Source: Octopus bimaculoides (lineage: Eukaryota). From it: DNA of 55,123 nucleotides. This document shows, in pieces, positions 25,422 to 38,618 of the stretch. Position 1 is the first letter of the stretch. Every line of letters starts with the position of its first letter. The notes below the pieces were generated by a model that had not been told where the DNA came from, made no database searches, and saw only the letters and a list, made by a program, of their open reading frames with translations. The position numbers and the translations under genes are program-made. The DNA is taken from positions 39,637,319-39,692,441 of the forward strand of contig NC_068990.1 of assembly GCF_001194135.2 (NCBI RefSeq), written 5' to 3'.

Positions 25422-27285
25422 ATATGTATATGTCTATATATATATATATGCATATGACTATGCTTGTATGTATATATGCATATATATATGTGCATGTGTA
25501 TACATTTATGTATATATTCATATGTATACTCACTCATATACCTTTGGCTTCCCTGCTCCAAAATATGACACCTATTTATCTTTCAATTTTTGTCATTATA
25601 ATCTTAAACCATTAGGGTTTCTTCTTTTTTAACTTTAGCAATCTGATTAAATTTTGAAAAATGTGACGAAATGACTTGTCTGTCCTTGTATGTCTTCCTT
25701 TATTGCCATTTGTTTTTGTCTGCCATCTGGAATTGGTGACTTCTTTCTCAGTGCTTCTCATTACTTTGCAAAAACTTCATCTTTTCGTTTATTTGTTGCT
25801 CTAAGTTTCTATATTTTTTAATGTAATTAAATCAAACAAGATCTGTGTATTTTAGGCTTCATTCTTTCATTTCATGTTGAAGCTCTTAGCTTTTAATACT
25901 ATTAGAAAAAAAGAAGAAGCTAAAAGCAATAAATAAATAAATAATAATAATAATGATGATGATAATAATAATTTAGATATTCCATTAACTGCCATACAGA
26001 GAATTGTCAATTAAAATCAACAAAAAGGTATGTCAGCAGTAAGAAAAACTGTGTTTTGGAGAAAAAAAAATGTTCTCTCACTAAGTAGGAAAAACAAATT
26101 CATGAAACTAGCCTCTAGTCATAGGAAACAAGCAGCAGACCTGCTCTTTGTTATTGAAGAATTTTTTCATTAGAAGCAACACAAGAAATACATGGAACCA
26201 CATCAATAGAAGGTATCTGAAAGAATGCAGTATTTGTAAAATTACTTGTGTCTAAAGGCAGCAATTATTAAAATAACTGTTGAAGACAATGTCTTGAATT
26301 ATATTAAGAAAAAAGATCTCAATTTTTCTAACCAAAATGTTGTAATCATGATTTTCTCTATTTCTAAATTGCAATCATAGATGTGTTAAAGAACTCAAAT
26401 AGATGTCAATAAAGGTTGTTGGAAACGAATATTGTGGTTGTTTTAGTTGTAATATAGCCCCAGGTTTGCTCTGGGGCTAAAGAACGACTGCACCAACAAC
26501 TTTTGGTTAGATGTGATGTACTCACAAACATCAGTTAAGTCGTGGGTTCTATTCCTGAACCAAATGGCATGTCTTGTCCTTCAGTAAGATTCTTCATTTC
26601 ACTTTGCTCCAGTCTACTTTGCTAAAAACGAGTACCAGCTCAATGCTGGTGCAGCCCTCTCTTCCTCCGCCAACCACATTCTGATATTCTGCTTGGTCAA
26701 ATGTGGAAGAGCTGAGAGGGTGTCTTTGTCTGCTTACAACTACATAAGCACCTAAAATAGTTAGCAAAAACATGGTAGATATTTCATTATACTTCATTAT
26801 GAGTAATGATTATTTTCTTTTAATGCTGAACCAGGTAATTTCTAACACATAACTAATCAGCTGAATGACTTGAAGCAATCCATTGATCCATAGTAGCAGA
26901 TACAACTCCTTTGGCTAAAGACCACACTGCATATACTAAGATTTAGTTGTTGCTGTTGCTGTTGTTGTGGTTCTAGTTGTAGTAGTTGTTGATTTTCTTT
27001 ACTTCCTTTTTGTTACAAACCATACTGCTCATTCTAACATGTATTGGTGATTGAAATTGTTGGTGTGGTGGTTATTGTTTAGTCCTAATTCTTTACCATA
27101 TCAAAACATAAAAGTGACTTAACTAACTTACACTACACATGGTGTACAGTTCTTTAAGTATGCCATTATATCAGAAGATAAAGGAGGGCAACTAAATAAT
27201 ACTATTTATTGTATTCAATACTTCAAGTATATCCAGCACTAACTCATATAAAAACATTAGTTATTTAATTAAATAATGCTATATA

Positions 27286-27497
27286 AGGCAGCGAGCTTGC
27301 AGAAGCGTTAACACACCAGGTGAAATGCTTAGCAGTATTTTGTCTGTATTTACATTCTGAGTTCAAATTCTGTCGAGGTTGACTTTGCCATTCATCCTTT
27401 CAGGTGGATAAATTAAGCACCAATTGCGTACTGGGGTTGATCTAATCAACTGGCCCCCTCCCCCAAAATTTCGGGCCTTGTGCCTAGAGTAGAAAAG
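27286..27497 (+). mobile_element. SINE family A, 19-bp TSD
   Basis: Same head and body as the 6253 copy. TSD aattaaataatgctatata at 27267-27285 and 27498-27516. Confidence 0.9.
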
Positions 27498-27574
27498 AAT
27501 TAAATAATGCTATATATGATGTGTAAGAGTAGTTATTCAATGAATAAATAGGGCTAAAACAACAAATAAAAAAA

Positions 27575-28080
27575 ATGAAATATAATCTTCTCCTCAAAAG
27601 GCATAACACTACACTAAAAACACTGAGACTAGTAAACTGCTATATTATGCCAGTTGTCCACTACAGAACAGAAACTTGGACAGTGTACGGAGCTGTAGAA
27701 AAGAAGAAAGATGTCTCTGAGATGTAGATTTTTTCTAGATGGGGCAGAATAAACTAGAAAGACAGAAGAACAAATGCTGCAATACTAAAAAAAAAGCTGG
27801 AAGTCCCAAAACACCTATTGTTGGGAACCGAGTCCAGAGAGCTATCATATTTTGAGCATACGTTGTGCCATGAGTAATGGATGAAGATCATCCTGACAGA
27901 AAGTGAACAGAGAAGAAAGTATGAGGTCACTGAAGACATTGGAGAACTGACAGCACCAAAGAATGAACTGGAAACAAGAGCCTTCAAATAGCACTACGGA
28001 GAGGGGAGTAAAGGGTCATGGAATGTCATCCTCTGGAAACGCAGAGAGCACTCGGCTGATGGCTGATGATATCCAGTAAT
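27575..28080 (+). mobile_element. RTE-clade LINE 3' fragment, decayed
   Basis: Translates TLRLVNCYIMPVVHYRTETWTVYGAVEKKKDVSEM*IFSRWGRIN*KDRRTNAAIL, resembling RTE KxRLxxCYVWPVLLYGxETWT..EMWxxRRMLRISWxDRxTNxEVL. Confidence 0.8.
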
Positions 28081-28179
28081 CTAAGAATCCCACATCCAGT
28101 AGTTTGAGTAGATCAAGAACTCCATCATATCTGAATATAGTGGTTTGCAGTGGCAATGTTGTTTCAACTCCAGGTTAAT

Positions 28180-28560
28180 ACTATTTGAGAACATCATTGA
28201 TCAAAGAGAATTCAACCATGATCTGCCCATCTTCCTTTTATTAACAAGTTCCTCTCTCTCTAAGATGATAGGGTATGATGTGCAGGAGATTTAGCTGCAA
28301 CTTCTAGTAAGTTGAATGATTACATAAAGGTTCAGTGCTACATCTTAGGTGTTTTTGTTGTTGTTTTATGCAACCCAGCCTTGATCAACCAAACCTGAGA
28401 TCAAAATTATTCCACCTATGGCCATCCCACATTTTATAAGCTGTTTAGTACTACATTGCCCCATGTGTCCTTCTTTACTCAGAGCATTAGGGTGTGATTC
28501 AAAGAAATTTAGCTGCTATTTCTAGCAGATGTGAGTAGAGGTTCCCTTGTAGCCTTGCTG
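28180..28560. repeat. Two decayed copies of dispersed repeat family D (others at ~44470-44650 and ~49860-49970)
   Basis: Shared motif gattt(a/g)gctgctatttctagc, preceded by a gatcaaa..ttcca..atg segment. Confidence 0.55.
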
Positions 28561-28588
28561 TTATAATCGTTGATATTTAATTCCAGGT

Positions 28589-28800
28589 AAGGCAGTGGAC
28601 TGGCAGAAATGTTAGCAAAAAGATTAGTAGTATTTCATCTATCTTTATGTTCTATGTTTGAATTCTGCTGAGGTCGACTTTGTATTTCATCCTTTTGGGG
28701 TTGATAAAATAAGTACCAGTTGTGTATTGGAGTTGATGTAATCAACTTACATTCTTCCTTAAAACAGCTGACCTGGTGTCAAAATTTTAAATTAATATTT
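28589..28800 (+). mobile_element. SINE family A, older copy with a third tail type
   Basis: aaggcagtggactggcagaaatgttagc..gaggtcgactttgtatttcatcc..ataagtaccag, homologous to the other family A copies. Confidence 0.8.
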
Positions 28801-29994
28801 AACACCATTTAGAAGACCTAACAATAAAGGTATTTTAGTTGTGGTCACCCAATTCATCATGTGGCAAAATGTATCTAAGACTATAGTAACCAATGTGTTC
28901 TATTTTTAAGATGGTTGGGTGTGCTTTGAGGGAGATTAATCACGAGTGCTAAAAAGAAAAAGAGTCATGTGTTCAAAGATGCTCTGTCCATGACTATCAC
29001 ATGCATAAGTTCCCTTTTAAGTTTGTTATGCTTATTATTGTTGCTGTTTAATGTAGTGCTGTTGTTGTTGCTGCTGCTGCTGCAGTGCTTACTCTTATTA
29101 CTCCTGTTGCTGCTACTGCTGCAGTTATTTTTGCTGTTGCTTCTGTACCAAACTCCTCTCTTCCCACCACCTCCACCACCACCACCACCACAGTTCATTC
29201 AATAAAAATCTTTCATTTGACTCAAACCTAATAACAAAGAAAATTCATTATAAAACCACCACAACAACAATAATAATATAACCGGTAACAATTACAACAA
29301 TAACACAAACTGTAACTGTTTGGTTCATTTTTTTTTTATTTGGTTTGTATTTTTATATTTGTTTCATTTTTCTTTCTTTTTCTTTTTTTTTTTTCTTTTG
29401 TGGATTTCTCTTTTTCTCTGGAATTATTTGAATTTCAGCTTATTTTTAAACTGAATTTTGTGTAGCAATAAAAGAAAAAGAAATGAAGACAGGCTTCACC
29501 ACACACCAATATATACATCCTCTTCCTCCACCTCATCCCCTTCCTCCCCTTTTTCCGCATCATCATCATCATCATCAGGTTGTTATGTTTGCTTTCCATT
29601 CTGGCATAGGCTGAATAGGTTATCCCAGTCCATATCAGCTCTCATTTCGATTCACTATCCTCCTAAATAACTCAAGGGAACACATCTCATTCAAGCATTT
29701 CAATTTTTGACAAGGTTTCTATGGCTGAATACTCTTCCTAACACTAACCACTTTACAGAATATACTGGATGCATTTTATAGAGGTACCATTATCAGCACC
29801 AGCACCAATGAGTTGTTTTTTCATCTTGAAGTCAAGAGGGTAGGTGGGGCTAATGACTTTTTCTAAGATCTCCAAGACTCATGAGGAAGGACAGAAGACA
29901 GTATCCCCGAACTAGAGGTCTGACTTAAATGCTTGCAACATAGTTGCCTCCTCTGCTAAAGGCACCTGAGATGTCAGGTGAGGGTATTAAACTA

Positions 29995-30245
29995 AGCAAA
30001 AAATTAACTCTACCACCCATGTAGACTATGGCAGGATTTGAACTCAGAACACACAGTCCTGGAGCAAATACCACAAAGCTGCCAATCCTGTCAATCCATC
30101 ACCCTGGATTAGTACCCTTCTGTTTTATTAATCTCAAAAGGGTGAAAGTCAAAGTTAGTTTTTGTGCGATTTGAACTCAGAGCTTAGAAGGTTGGAGAAA
30201 ATATATCTTCTAAAATGCTAACAACTATGCTACTTTACCATCACA
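29995..30245 (-). mobile_element. Decayed SINE family A-like fragments
   Basis: ggatttgaactcagaac and gatttgaactcagagc (reverse-complement B boxes), plus aaagggtgaaagtcaaagt. Confidence 0.45.
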
Positions 30246-30984
30246 AGATTCAAGAACCATCACTGTTCAATCGGTGTCTGTTTATTCAAAGCAATATGGG
30301 GAATAAAAGAGGAAGTAACCCAGACTGAGTGAAAGAGGAGAGAAAGAGTATAATGGGAGAAAAGAGCAGTTGGGATGTAAGCATGTAGAGGAGGGAGTAA
30401 TAGAAAAGAGGCAATAATAGAAGAGAATCACTGGAAACAGTTATGGTACTCATATGTTTACTGGTGAAGGAGAAATTGATGGACAGTAAAGAGATGAGCA
30501 ATGTTAGGAAAATGATTGATGAGTGTCAATGAGTGGCATGGAGGAAAAGGAAGTGACTGAGGAGTGATGGTTGGCAGCTCTCAAAGAAGTGATGATAGAG
30601 TGTATCAGATACAAGCCAATCTGCTGTAACCTCCCATACCTTGTTGAGAGAGAGAAAGAGAGAGGTAGTGGAGTCAGACTGATTGTGTGGAGATAGTATT
30701 GACTATAGAAAGGTCCAGAGACATCTCTTGTTATAGAAGTAGCATAGGAAGGGAGAAGTAAACAGAGGGGTGACTGATTGATGAGTGAAATGGAACTGAG
30801 TGACAGACAAATGATTGATAAAGAGATGAGTGGTAGAAGAAATGAATGATAGAGACGAGAGACAGGTGAACAGCAGATGGAGCTTGAATAGGTGCATGGT
30901 AGACGAGAGACCCAAATGTAGACATTATACTGCCCGGTCTCCATTACTATACCTATTTTAATGATTTTAATGGTTGTTTCCACA

Positions 30985-31335
30985 TGCTTGCTTGAGTGGG
31001 TGAGACTTTTTCAGCACCACTTGTTACTGATCATTGTGATTCTTTGTCATCTATTTCGTAGGGCCCACATCCTGATGTCAGCTATCACCACTTTGTCCCT
31101 TATGTTCCTAGATCTCTTTCTTCTGCAGGTTCCATTCACTCTGAACGCCATGTACTTCTTTACCCATCAGTTACCCTTCATACACATCACAAGCCCATAA
31201 AAGCTCAGTTTCTTCTTATATTCCTTTGGTATCCAGTCTTCTACTCTCAGCTCATTTGTGCTCCATCATTCATGCCTCCTGGCATTATATCCAGCAGATT
31301 ATATTCACTTTCTTCATTCAAGACCCATATTTTTC
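30985..31335 (-). mobile_element. RTE-clade LINE 3' fragment, decayed
   Basis: Minus-strand translation resembles the RTE end ASMLRWMC..RRLRWYGHVxRM..GxRxRGRPRKTW, with many substitutions and stops. Confidence 0.55.
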
Positions 31336-31340
31336 TAGGT

Positions 31341-31500
31341 AAAGGTGTGGCAGTGTGGTAAGAATCTTGCTTCTCAACCACATGGTTATGGGTGCAATCC
31401 ACATTGTACGGCACAATGAGCAGGTAGACTACAACCAACAAAAAACTTGTGAGTGGATTTGGTAGAGAGAAACTGAAAGAAACCTGTTGTATAAACGTGT
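31341..31500 (+). mobile_element. SINE family B, 5' half, decayed
   Basis: ggtgtggcagtgtggtaagaatcttgcttctcaaccacatgg..cttgtgagtggatttggtagagagaaactgaaagaa. Confidence 0.75.
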
Positions 31501-31524
31501 GTAATTATATCTCTTTGTCTTGAC

Positions 31525-31862
31525 AGTACTCTTTTACTTGTTTCAGTCATTTGACTGCGGCCATGCTGGAGCACCGCCTTTAGTCGAGCAAATCGACCCC
31601 GGGACTTATTCTTTGTAAGCCTAGTTGTCAAGCAATGGTGGGGGGGGGGGACAAACACAGACACATAGACACACACACACATATATATATATATACATAT
31701 ATACGACGGGCTTCTTTCAGTTTCCGTCTACCAAATCCACTCACAAGGCTTTGGTTTGCCTGAGGCTACAGTAGAAGACACTTGCCCAACGTGCCATGCA
31801 ATGAGACTGAACCCGGAACCATGTGGTTGGTAAGCATGCTACTTACCACACAGCCACTCCTG
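31525..31862 (-). mobile_element. SINE family B (internally deleted)
   Basis: ttgtttcagtcatttgactgcggccatgctggagcaccgcc..cttaccacacagccactcc. Confidence 0.85.
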
Positions 31863-32449
31863 TGTGATAATTGTAAATGAGTGTTACTGTTAGACAAGCA
31901 GTGTTGTCCATTTCCAATATATTGCAAGATCATACCTCGCTATTGGTAAAAAAAACCTTGCTTGGATATGGATGAAGGTTAGCAACAAGAAGGGCATCCA
32001 GCTGTAGAGAATCTGCCTCAATAAACACTGTCTGATCCATTCAAGCATAAAAAAACCCAACATTAAAAGGAAATTTAAATAAAATTATATATATATTCAT
32101 AAATACATACGCACACATATGTGTATGTGTATGCATACATACATATGTGTGCACATGTGTGTGTGTGTGTATTGGTTGATGTTATAGTACATACACACTG
32201 AAATATAACATATACAACATGCAATTATATCCACACACATATACACATACGCTTGTACCTAAACACACACACACATATACACATTCATAGTCCAAAAACA
32301 CACACATACACCTCTCCCACACACACACACACACACACACGCACACATATACACATGCATAAAACTTCACCTTTTTCTTTCTCTCCATTAATAGATTTAA
32401 CACTTTAGTTTTCAGACAATAGATTTATAGTTTTCCATTCTTAGACTTA

Positions 32450-32498
32450 ATTAAACTCTTGTTGTTGTTGTTGTTGCTGTTGTTATTGCTGCTGCTGC

Positions 32499-32529
<31 letters not shown>

Positions 32530-34609
32530 GAATATAGTTCATGTTTTAAGTTACATTAATTTAGTGTATGAGAGAAAGCCAGAATAGGGCATTGTTATAT
32601 TTAAACTGTTATTGTTGTTGTCGTAAAGGCCAGTTTGTGTTATTGCTTCTGTTGTGGTAGTGGTGATGGTGGTAGTGGTGGGTGTTTATTGTTGCTATTA
32701 CCCTTGTTTTGAATGAATAGTATTGTTGTTGTTGTTGTGCTATTAGTGCAGCAATTGTTGTTATGCTGTTGTTAAATGAGATCCATAGACCTTTTTAAAA
32801 TTTTATAATTTTTTAGTTATAATTATCACTGCCTTTATGGTGGTGGTGATGATGATGGTGGTGATGATGGTGATGATGGTGATATTGATGGTGGTGGTGA
32901 TGGTGGTGGTGGTAGTGTTAGTGGTTGTTGTACTGGTAGAATTGATGATGGTAGTGGTGATGAAAGTGATGGTTGTTGGTACAAAGGTGGTGGTACAAAG
33001 TTGGTACAAAGTCGGTACGAAGTCAGTGGTGGTAGTGCTGGTAGTGTTCTGGTGAGAGTAGTAGTAAAAGTGGTGGTGTAGTGAAGATAGTTTCAGTACT
33101 ATGGTAATAATTGTTGTAGTAGTAGTAGTAGTAGTAGGGTGGGGTGGATGGGGTGGCGATGGTGCTGGTGGCGGTGGTGGTGCTGGTGCTGGTGGCGGTG
33201 GTTGTATAGTTATTTTTCTTGTTGGTGCTGGTAGTACTAGAAACGGTGGCAGTGGTGGTGGTGGTAGTGCTGGTTATAATAATGGTGGTAGTGATGATGA
33301 TGATGAGGAGGAAGAGGTGGAAGAGGAGGAGAATGAGGGGGAGGAGAAAGAGGGGGAGAAGGATGGGGAGGGTGACAATGACAGCGATGATGATGACGAT
33401 GATGATGATGATGATGATGATGATGGTGGTGATGATGATGATGATGATGATGATGATGACGATGACGATGATGATGATGATGACGATAACGATGATGATG
33501 ATGATAGTTTAAGTTCAGTTTCAGTATTCAATTTCAACCATTCCACCCCAACCCACCCATAATACTTTCAGGCATTTTATCTTTTTTAAAAACTTTATTT
33601 GTTTTACATTGTTGTTGTCAGCGTCATTGTTATGTTTTGAGTAGAAGTATCAGTAATAGTATTGATAGTAGTGATTGTAGTGGTGATATGTCATGTTGAA
33701 GTTCATGTTATGGTATTGTTAGTACAAATTTAAAAAGAAGAAAAAATATTTATTTTTGATATTTTATTTATGTATTTTTATATAATTATTTTTTTATTTT
33801 TAATTTAAGTATGCTTTGTTATTGTAATTATTTTTTGTTAATTATGTAGTATATAATCTCATTGGTTTATTTTCGTCTTTATTATTACTTTCATCATATT
33901 CTTACTTTTTTTTATCATTATTGTCATAGTTGTTGTTATTTTTGTTTAGTTATTTCAATTTTCTGTAAAATTCATTTTAAAAATATGAAAAAATGAAAAG
34001 AAGCACAAAAAATATCCATTTTTTGCTCGAAAACTATATATTGTTGCTATATTAAGTTTAGTAGCGTATCTACTATATTATTCTGTTGTTGATGCACTTT
34101 TTTTTTTACTCTTTTATTTTTTTCATTTTTGTTGTTTATTATTTAGTAGTTGTTATACCAATTTCTTTTAAATTTTTTCTCCTTTTTTTTTTGTTGAAGT
34201 TAATATTTTTGAAAAAATACTCAACCAAAAAACCATATTTCTATTGTGTTAATTTTAGTGTTCAATTTGTTGGCATTAACAGCAGTGTTTCATGGTGCTG
34301 CTGTTGTTTTTGATGTTCTTATATTTTTGCTGCTGCTGCTGTTGCTACTGCTGCTGCTGTTCATGTCGTAGTTGTTCTTAATTATTTCAATTCCTAACAC
34401 ACACACACACACACATGCGAATATGTGTGTATGTACATGTGTGTCTATATTGATTTTTGTCAATATTCTCATTACTGTATTAATTTCAATGTGTGTTCTA
34501 ATTGCTATTGTTGCAGCTGTTGCTGTTGTTGATGTTGCTACTATTGAATATTTTTTTTGTTCTTGTACTTCTGGTTGTTTTATTAATTATTTAAAATACC
34601 ATATACATC

Positions 34610-34646
<37 letters not shown>

Positions 34647-34680
34647 GCATTCAAATATATACACACATATATACATACAT

Positions 34681-34728
<48 letters not shown>

Positions 34729-35308
34729 GCATTGAAAGTTAATCTAGATATTCAAGTTGTTGTTCTCGTATTGTATGCCTTTGTTGAAGAGATTGTTGTT
34801 GTTATATTTTATTTTCCGGCTTAATCAATACTTCCTTTTCATTTTATTTATTACTTTCAGTTTCACTTTCACTTTCACTGTTTAATCGCTCTGTTTCTCT
34901 CTCCCTCTCTCATTGTCTCTTTCTCTCTTTCTTTCTCTCTTAAAAAAACTTTTCTTTGTAATTGTTAATATCGTTTTTGCTTTTTATTTTGTTTTTTAAA
35001 ATTCCTTTTTTTTTATATATATATATATATATTTGTTTTACATTTTTTGTTACAATACTTTCATTTTTTCAGGGTAGAATATCGCTTTTGTTGATAGATT
35101 TATTTTTTAATTTCATTTATTTATTTATTTATTTTATTTTATTTTTGTTTAATTTTTTTTATTCTATGCCCTCTCTGTCCCGTGAAAAGGGATCATGAAG
35201 TTTGAATGAGTAAAATCCTTGTATATTTTATGTTGGTGTTAATTGTAATAAGTATGGTAATGCTGATCATTATTGCTGTTGTTGTTGTTGTTGTTGTTGT
35301 TATTGTTG

Positions 35309-35349
<41 letters not shown>

Positions 35350-36501
35350 GTTATTATTATCGCTAATGTTATTATTAATGATGCTGTTGTTATTATTAAT
35401 GATGCTGTTGTTATTATCATTATTATTATCGTTATAATCATTATCATCATTGTTATTTATGTTTTAATTATTTTTCTGTTTTAATATATGTTCTTTCAAT
35501 TAATATTATCTAAATATCAAAAATGACAACAACAACAACAACAACAATAATAATATCCATGATAATAACAATAAATAAAAAAAACAACATTTAGCAAGAG
35601 GAGATGGAGACGAGGCAGGAACATGTAACAATTTATGTATTGTTACAGGTTGAGCATGTCCAACATGTATAGAGTAATGATGATGAGGCAGAAGAGGAGG
35701 AGGGGAGAAGGAGGAATAAGAGGTGGCTGGCGATGATGATGACGACGATGAGGAGGCGGAGGAGGAGGAGGAAGATGGTGATCATCATGATGACATTGTT
35801 GAGGATGATAATGATGATGATGATGATGGTGACAATGACTACGATTAGAGCAGCAGCAGTGGTGGTGGTGGTGGTGGTAACAATAATGATGATGAGGAGG
35901 TGGAGATGGATGTTAATGAAGAGGACGATAACAACTCCACCACTGATGCCAATGACAATGATGATGACGACAATGAATGACGATGATGATGATGATGACA
36001 ACGACAGCTATGATGGCAATAACAATGTTGTTATTGATGATGATGATGATGATGATAACGATGATTATGATGATGGTGGTGGTGGTGATTCTGTTTGACT
36101 GTTGGCTGACTTGCATTATTGCCTGGGAACGTTTGTAAAATTAACTTGCTACCCCGGAATGGTCGAAGTGAAGAGAGAAAGAGAGAGAGGGAGAGAGAGG
36201 GGGAAAGCAAGTGAGGAAGTGATGGTGGAAAACTTTTATTTATTTTTTTATCCTTTTGTTCAAAGTAATGTGAATGGTAAGGGTAAGGGAAGGGTAATGG
36301 ATTGGGTGAGGGTTAGAATTATGAAATAAGGGTAGGGGTTACTTGCTAAAAAGGGAACAGTTGGGGTGAATTTAGTTTGATGAAACTGGAAATGAAATTT
36401 TGAAAAAAAAAACCTGACTTAGTGCAATGAAAATACTACTACTACTACTACTAATAATAATAATAATATTAATAATAATGATGATGATGATGATGATGGT
36501 G

Positions 36502-36535
<34 letters not shown>

Positions 36536-36700
36536 CAACAGCAATAACAATAATAATAAGTTGTGAACAATGGAAATTGTATGAAAATAAAGCAATGAAG
36601 TAGAAACAAGGAAAAAGAAAAATGTTTGAAAGGAGGACAATGTGAAATATAACCATTGTGGTGGTGTGGGGTTGGGGTAGGGGTGGCTGGAGGGGCATGT
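32450..36700. repeat. ~4 kb mosaic of trinucleotide microsatellites (GTT, GGT, GAT, ATT, TAA) and AT-rich low-complexity blocks
   Basis: Directly visible. Similar mosaics occur at ~4960-5170, 10100-10420, 12150-13450, 50270-51140, 51750-52050 and 54240-54640. Confidence 0.95.
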
Positions 36701-36856
36701 TATGGTTTTGGTTAAAGGCTATTTCTGGTTACAATTTTTACGGAGTGAGTTGGTAGGTTGGTAGGTGTGATATGTGTTGTTAGGGTATATAGAAATATTT
36801 AAATGAATTTTTTCCAAAAACTGATATATAGTTAGAAAGATAGTGAATGTGTGTAT

Positions 36857-36896
<40 letters not shown>

Positions 36897-37471
36897 GCAT
36901 GACTAGAGAGATAGATCAAGGGAGAGAAAAATCGATGCATGGATGGATGGATTGATAGATTGATAGATAGATAGATAGACACACAACTATATAGATTGAT
37001 AGAAAGACAGATAGAGAAATAGAGAAAGAAAGAGAGAGAGATAGAGAGACAGACCAACAGAAATATATATATATATTCTTTTATTCTTTTACTTGTTTCA
37101 GTCAGTTGATTGCAGCCATGCTGGAGCACAGCATGTCCTGTTTGTGTTACCAATTTTGACCCTCCGCAAAATCCCAAATTTTACTTAATTTGCTTTGTGG
37201 GAGCAACTGCTTTATCAATAGCATATATTGTTGTTAAATGCTTGAAATACAAGAGTAGAAAAACAACCAACAACTGATGAAGGGTCGTTCTTTGTGTTGT
37301 TTGTCTTCTTTTCCATTTCATTGTTCGAAAAAGTAGGCCACATTCCATGTACTCATACTGCGTAATTTTTTGTTGTACACGTTTGTGACGTCTTGTGCCC
37401 ACATATGAATATATATATATATATACATATAGGTGTAAGTATGTACATATACGTACGTATATATGTGTATA

Positions 37472-37506
<35 letters not shown>

Positions 37507-37611
37507 NNNNNNNNNNNNNNNNNNNNNNNNNNNNNNNNNNNNNNNNNNNNNNNNNNNNNNNNNNNNNNNNNNNNNNNNNNNNNNNNNNNNNNNNNNNNNN
37601 NNNNNNNNNNN

Positions 37612-37850
37612 TGAGACCACGACCTGTCGACCTGTTCACTGACAAAATTCTGTGCTGTATATATATACATATATATATAATTGCAGCATGGAAGGTGTTT
37701 ATAAGCCATTTAAAATAACACACAAAAACCGTTAGATTCACTTCAACATTTAAATTTAATTTGTCAAAATATTTTCGTCGCTTTGAGACCACGACCTGTC
37801 GACCTGTTCACTGACAAAATTCTGTGCTGTATATATATACATATATGTAC
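37612..37850. repeat. 172-bp tandem unit (one full copy plus a partial copy; array probably continues into the N-gap)
   Basis: tgagaccacgacctgtcgacctgttcactgacaaaattctgtgctgtatatatatacatatat starts at both 37612 and 37784. Confidence 0.9.
37760..37818 (-). ncRNA. Putative degenerate minimal type I hammerhead ribozyme (G3-C8 core variant)
   Basis: Minus strand reads UUUGUCA-GUGAACA-G-GUCG-[19 nt]-CGAC-GAAA-AUAUUU-UGACAAA: 7-bp stem I, 4-bp stem II, and a tiny palindromic stem III. Confidence 0.45.
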
Positions 37851-38199
37851 CATATAGATAGATAGATGGATAAATATAAAATCAGGTAACCATCCCTATC
37901 ATCTGTATTATTATCACCCTTATTCCCTTGGTTTTTCCTTATTTCCATCTGAGTTCCATCTTTTGCACCAGCCCTTTCCAACACATAAGTCAAGGTGTAA
38001 TTTTGAAATTGTCACTAATACAAAATCGTGCCCTTTACATATGTTCAATGAATGTTAAGAATATCTCAAAAATGCATATTTACAGGCAACAGGGGGCAAC
38101 ATCAAAAATACTTGATACTCAAATGTTAACAAGAATTAAACTATTGCTCTATGTTGCATTTTGTATCTTTTTCCTTTACCATTTGTTTCATTCATTAGA

Positions 38200-38525
38200 C
38201 TGAGGCCATCCTAGGCCACTTTCTTGAAGGGTTTAGTCTGAGAAATTGATCTCGATACTTATTTATTGTTCAGCCTAATATTTATTCTATCGGTGTCTTA
38301 TTTTCAAATTACTAAGTCACAGAAACATAAACAATCCAATACCGATTGTCAAGAGATGGGATGGGGAACAAATTGAAACACTAAGACATATAGATAAATA
38401 CACATAAATATATGAAGTCTTTTGGTAATTTTGGGACTATAGGAGAAGACACTTACTCAAAGTGGCCACAGAGGAACTGAACCGGGAATCATGTGGTTGG
38501 GAAAGAAGCTTCTTACCACACAGAT
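38200..38525 (-). mobile_element. SINE family B, decayed
   Basis: tattctatcggtgtc..gaactgaaccgggaatcatgtggttgggaaagaagcttcttaccacacag. Confidence 0.65.
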
Positions 38526-38618
38526 TATCTATAAGAAAAATAGCCTCACCTACAAGATAGAAAACAAAGAAAAAGAAGTGCTGTGTCAAATGAGTGATAT
38601 AAACAATATTATATAATG

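Noticed and set aside
37240-37335. ctgatga plus gaaa in the dispersed repeat (also ~560-620) as a hammerhead
   Set aside because: No consistent stem II or stem III; the ~600 copy has aatgatga instead of ctgatga.
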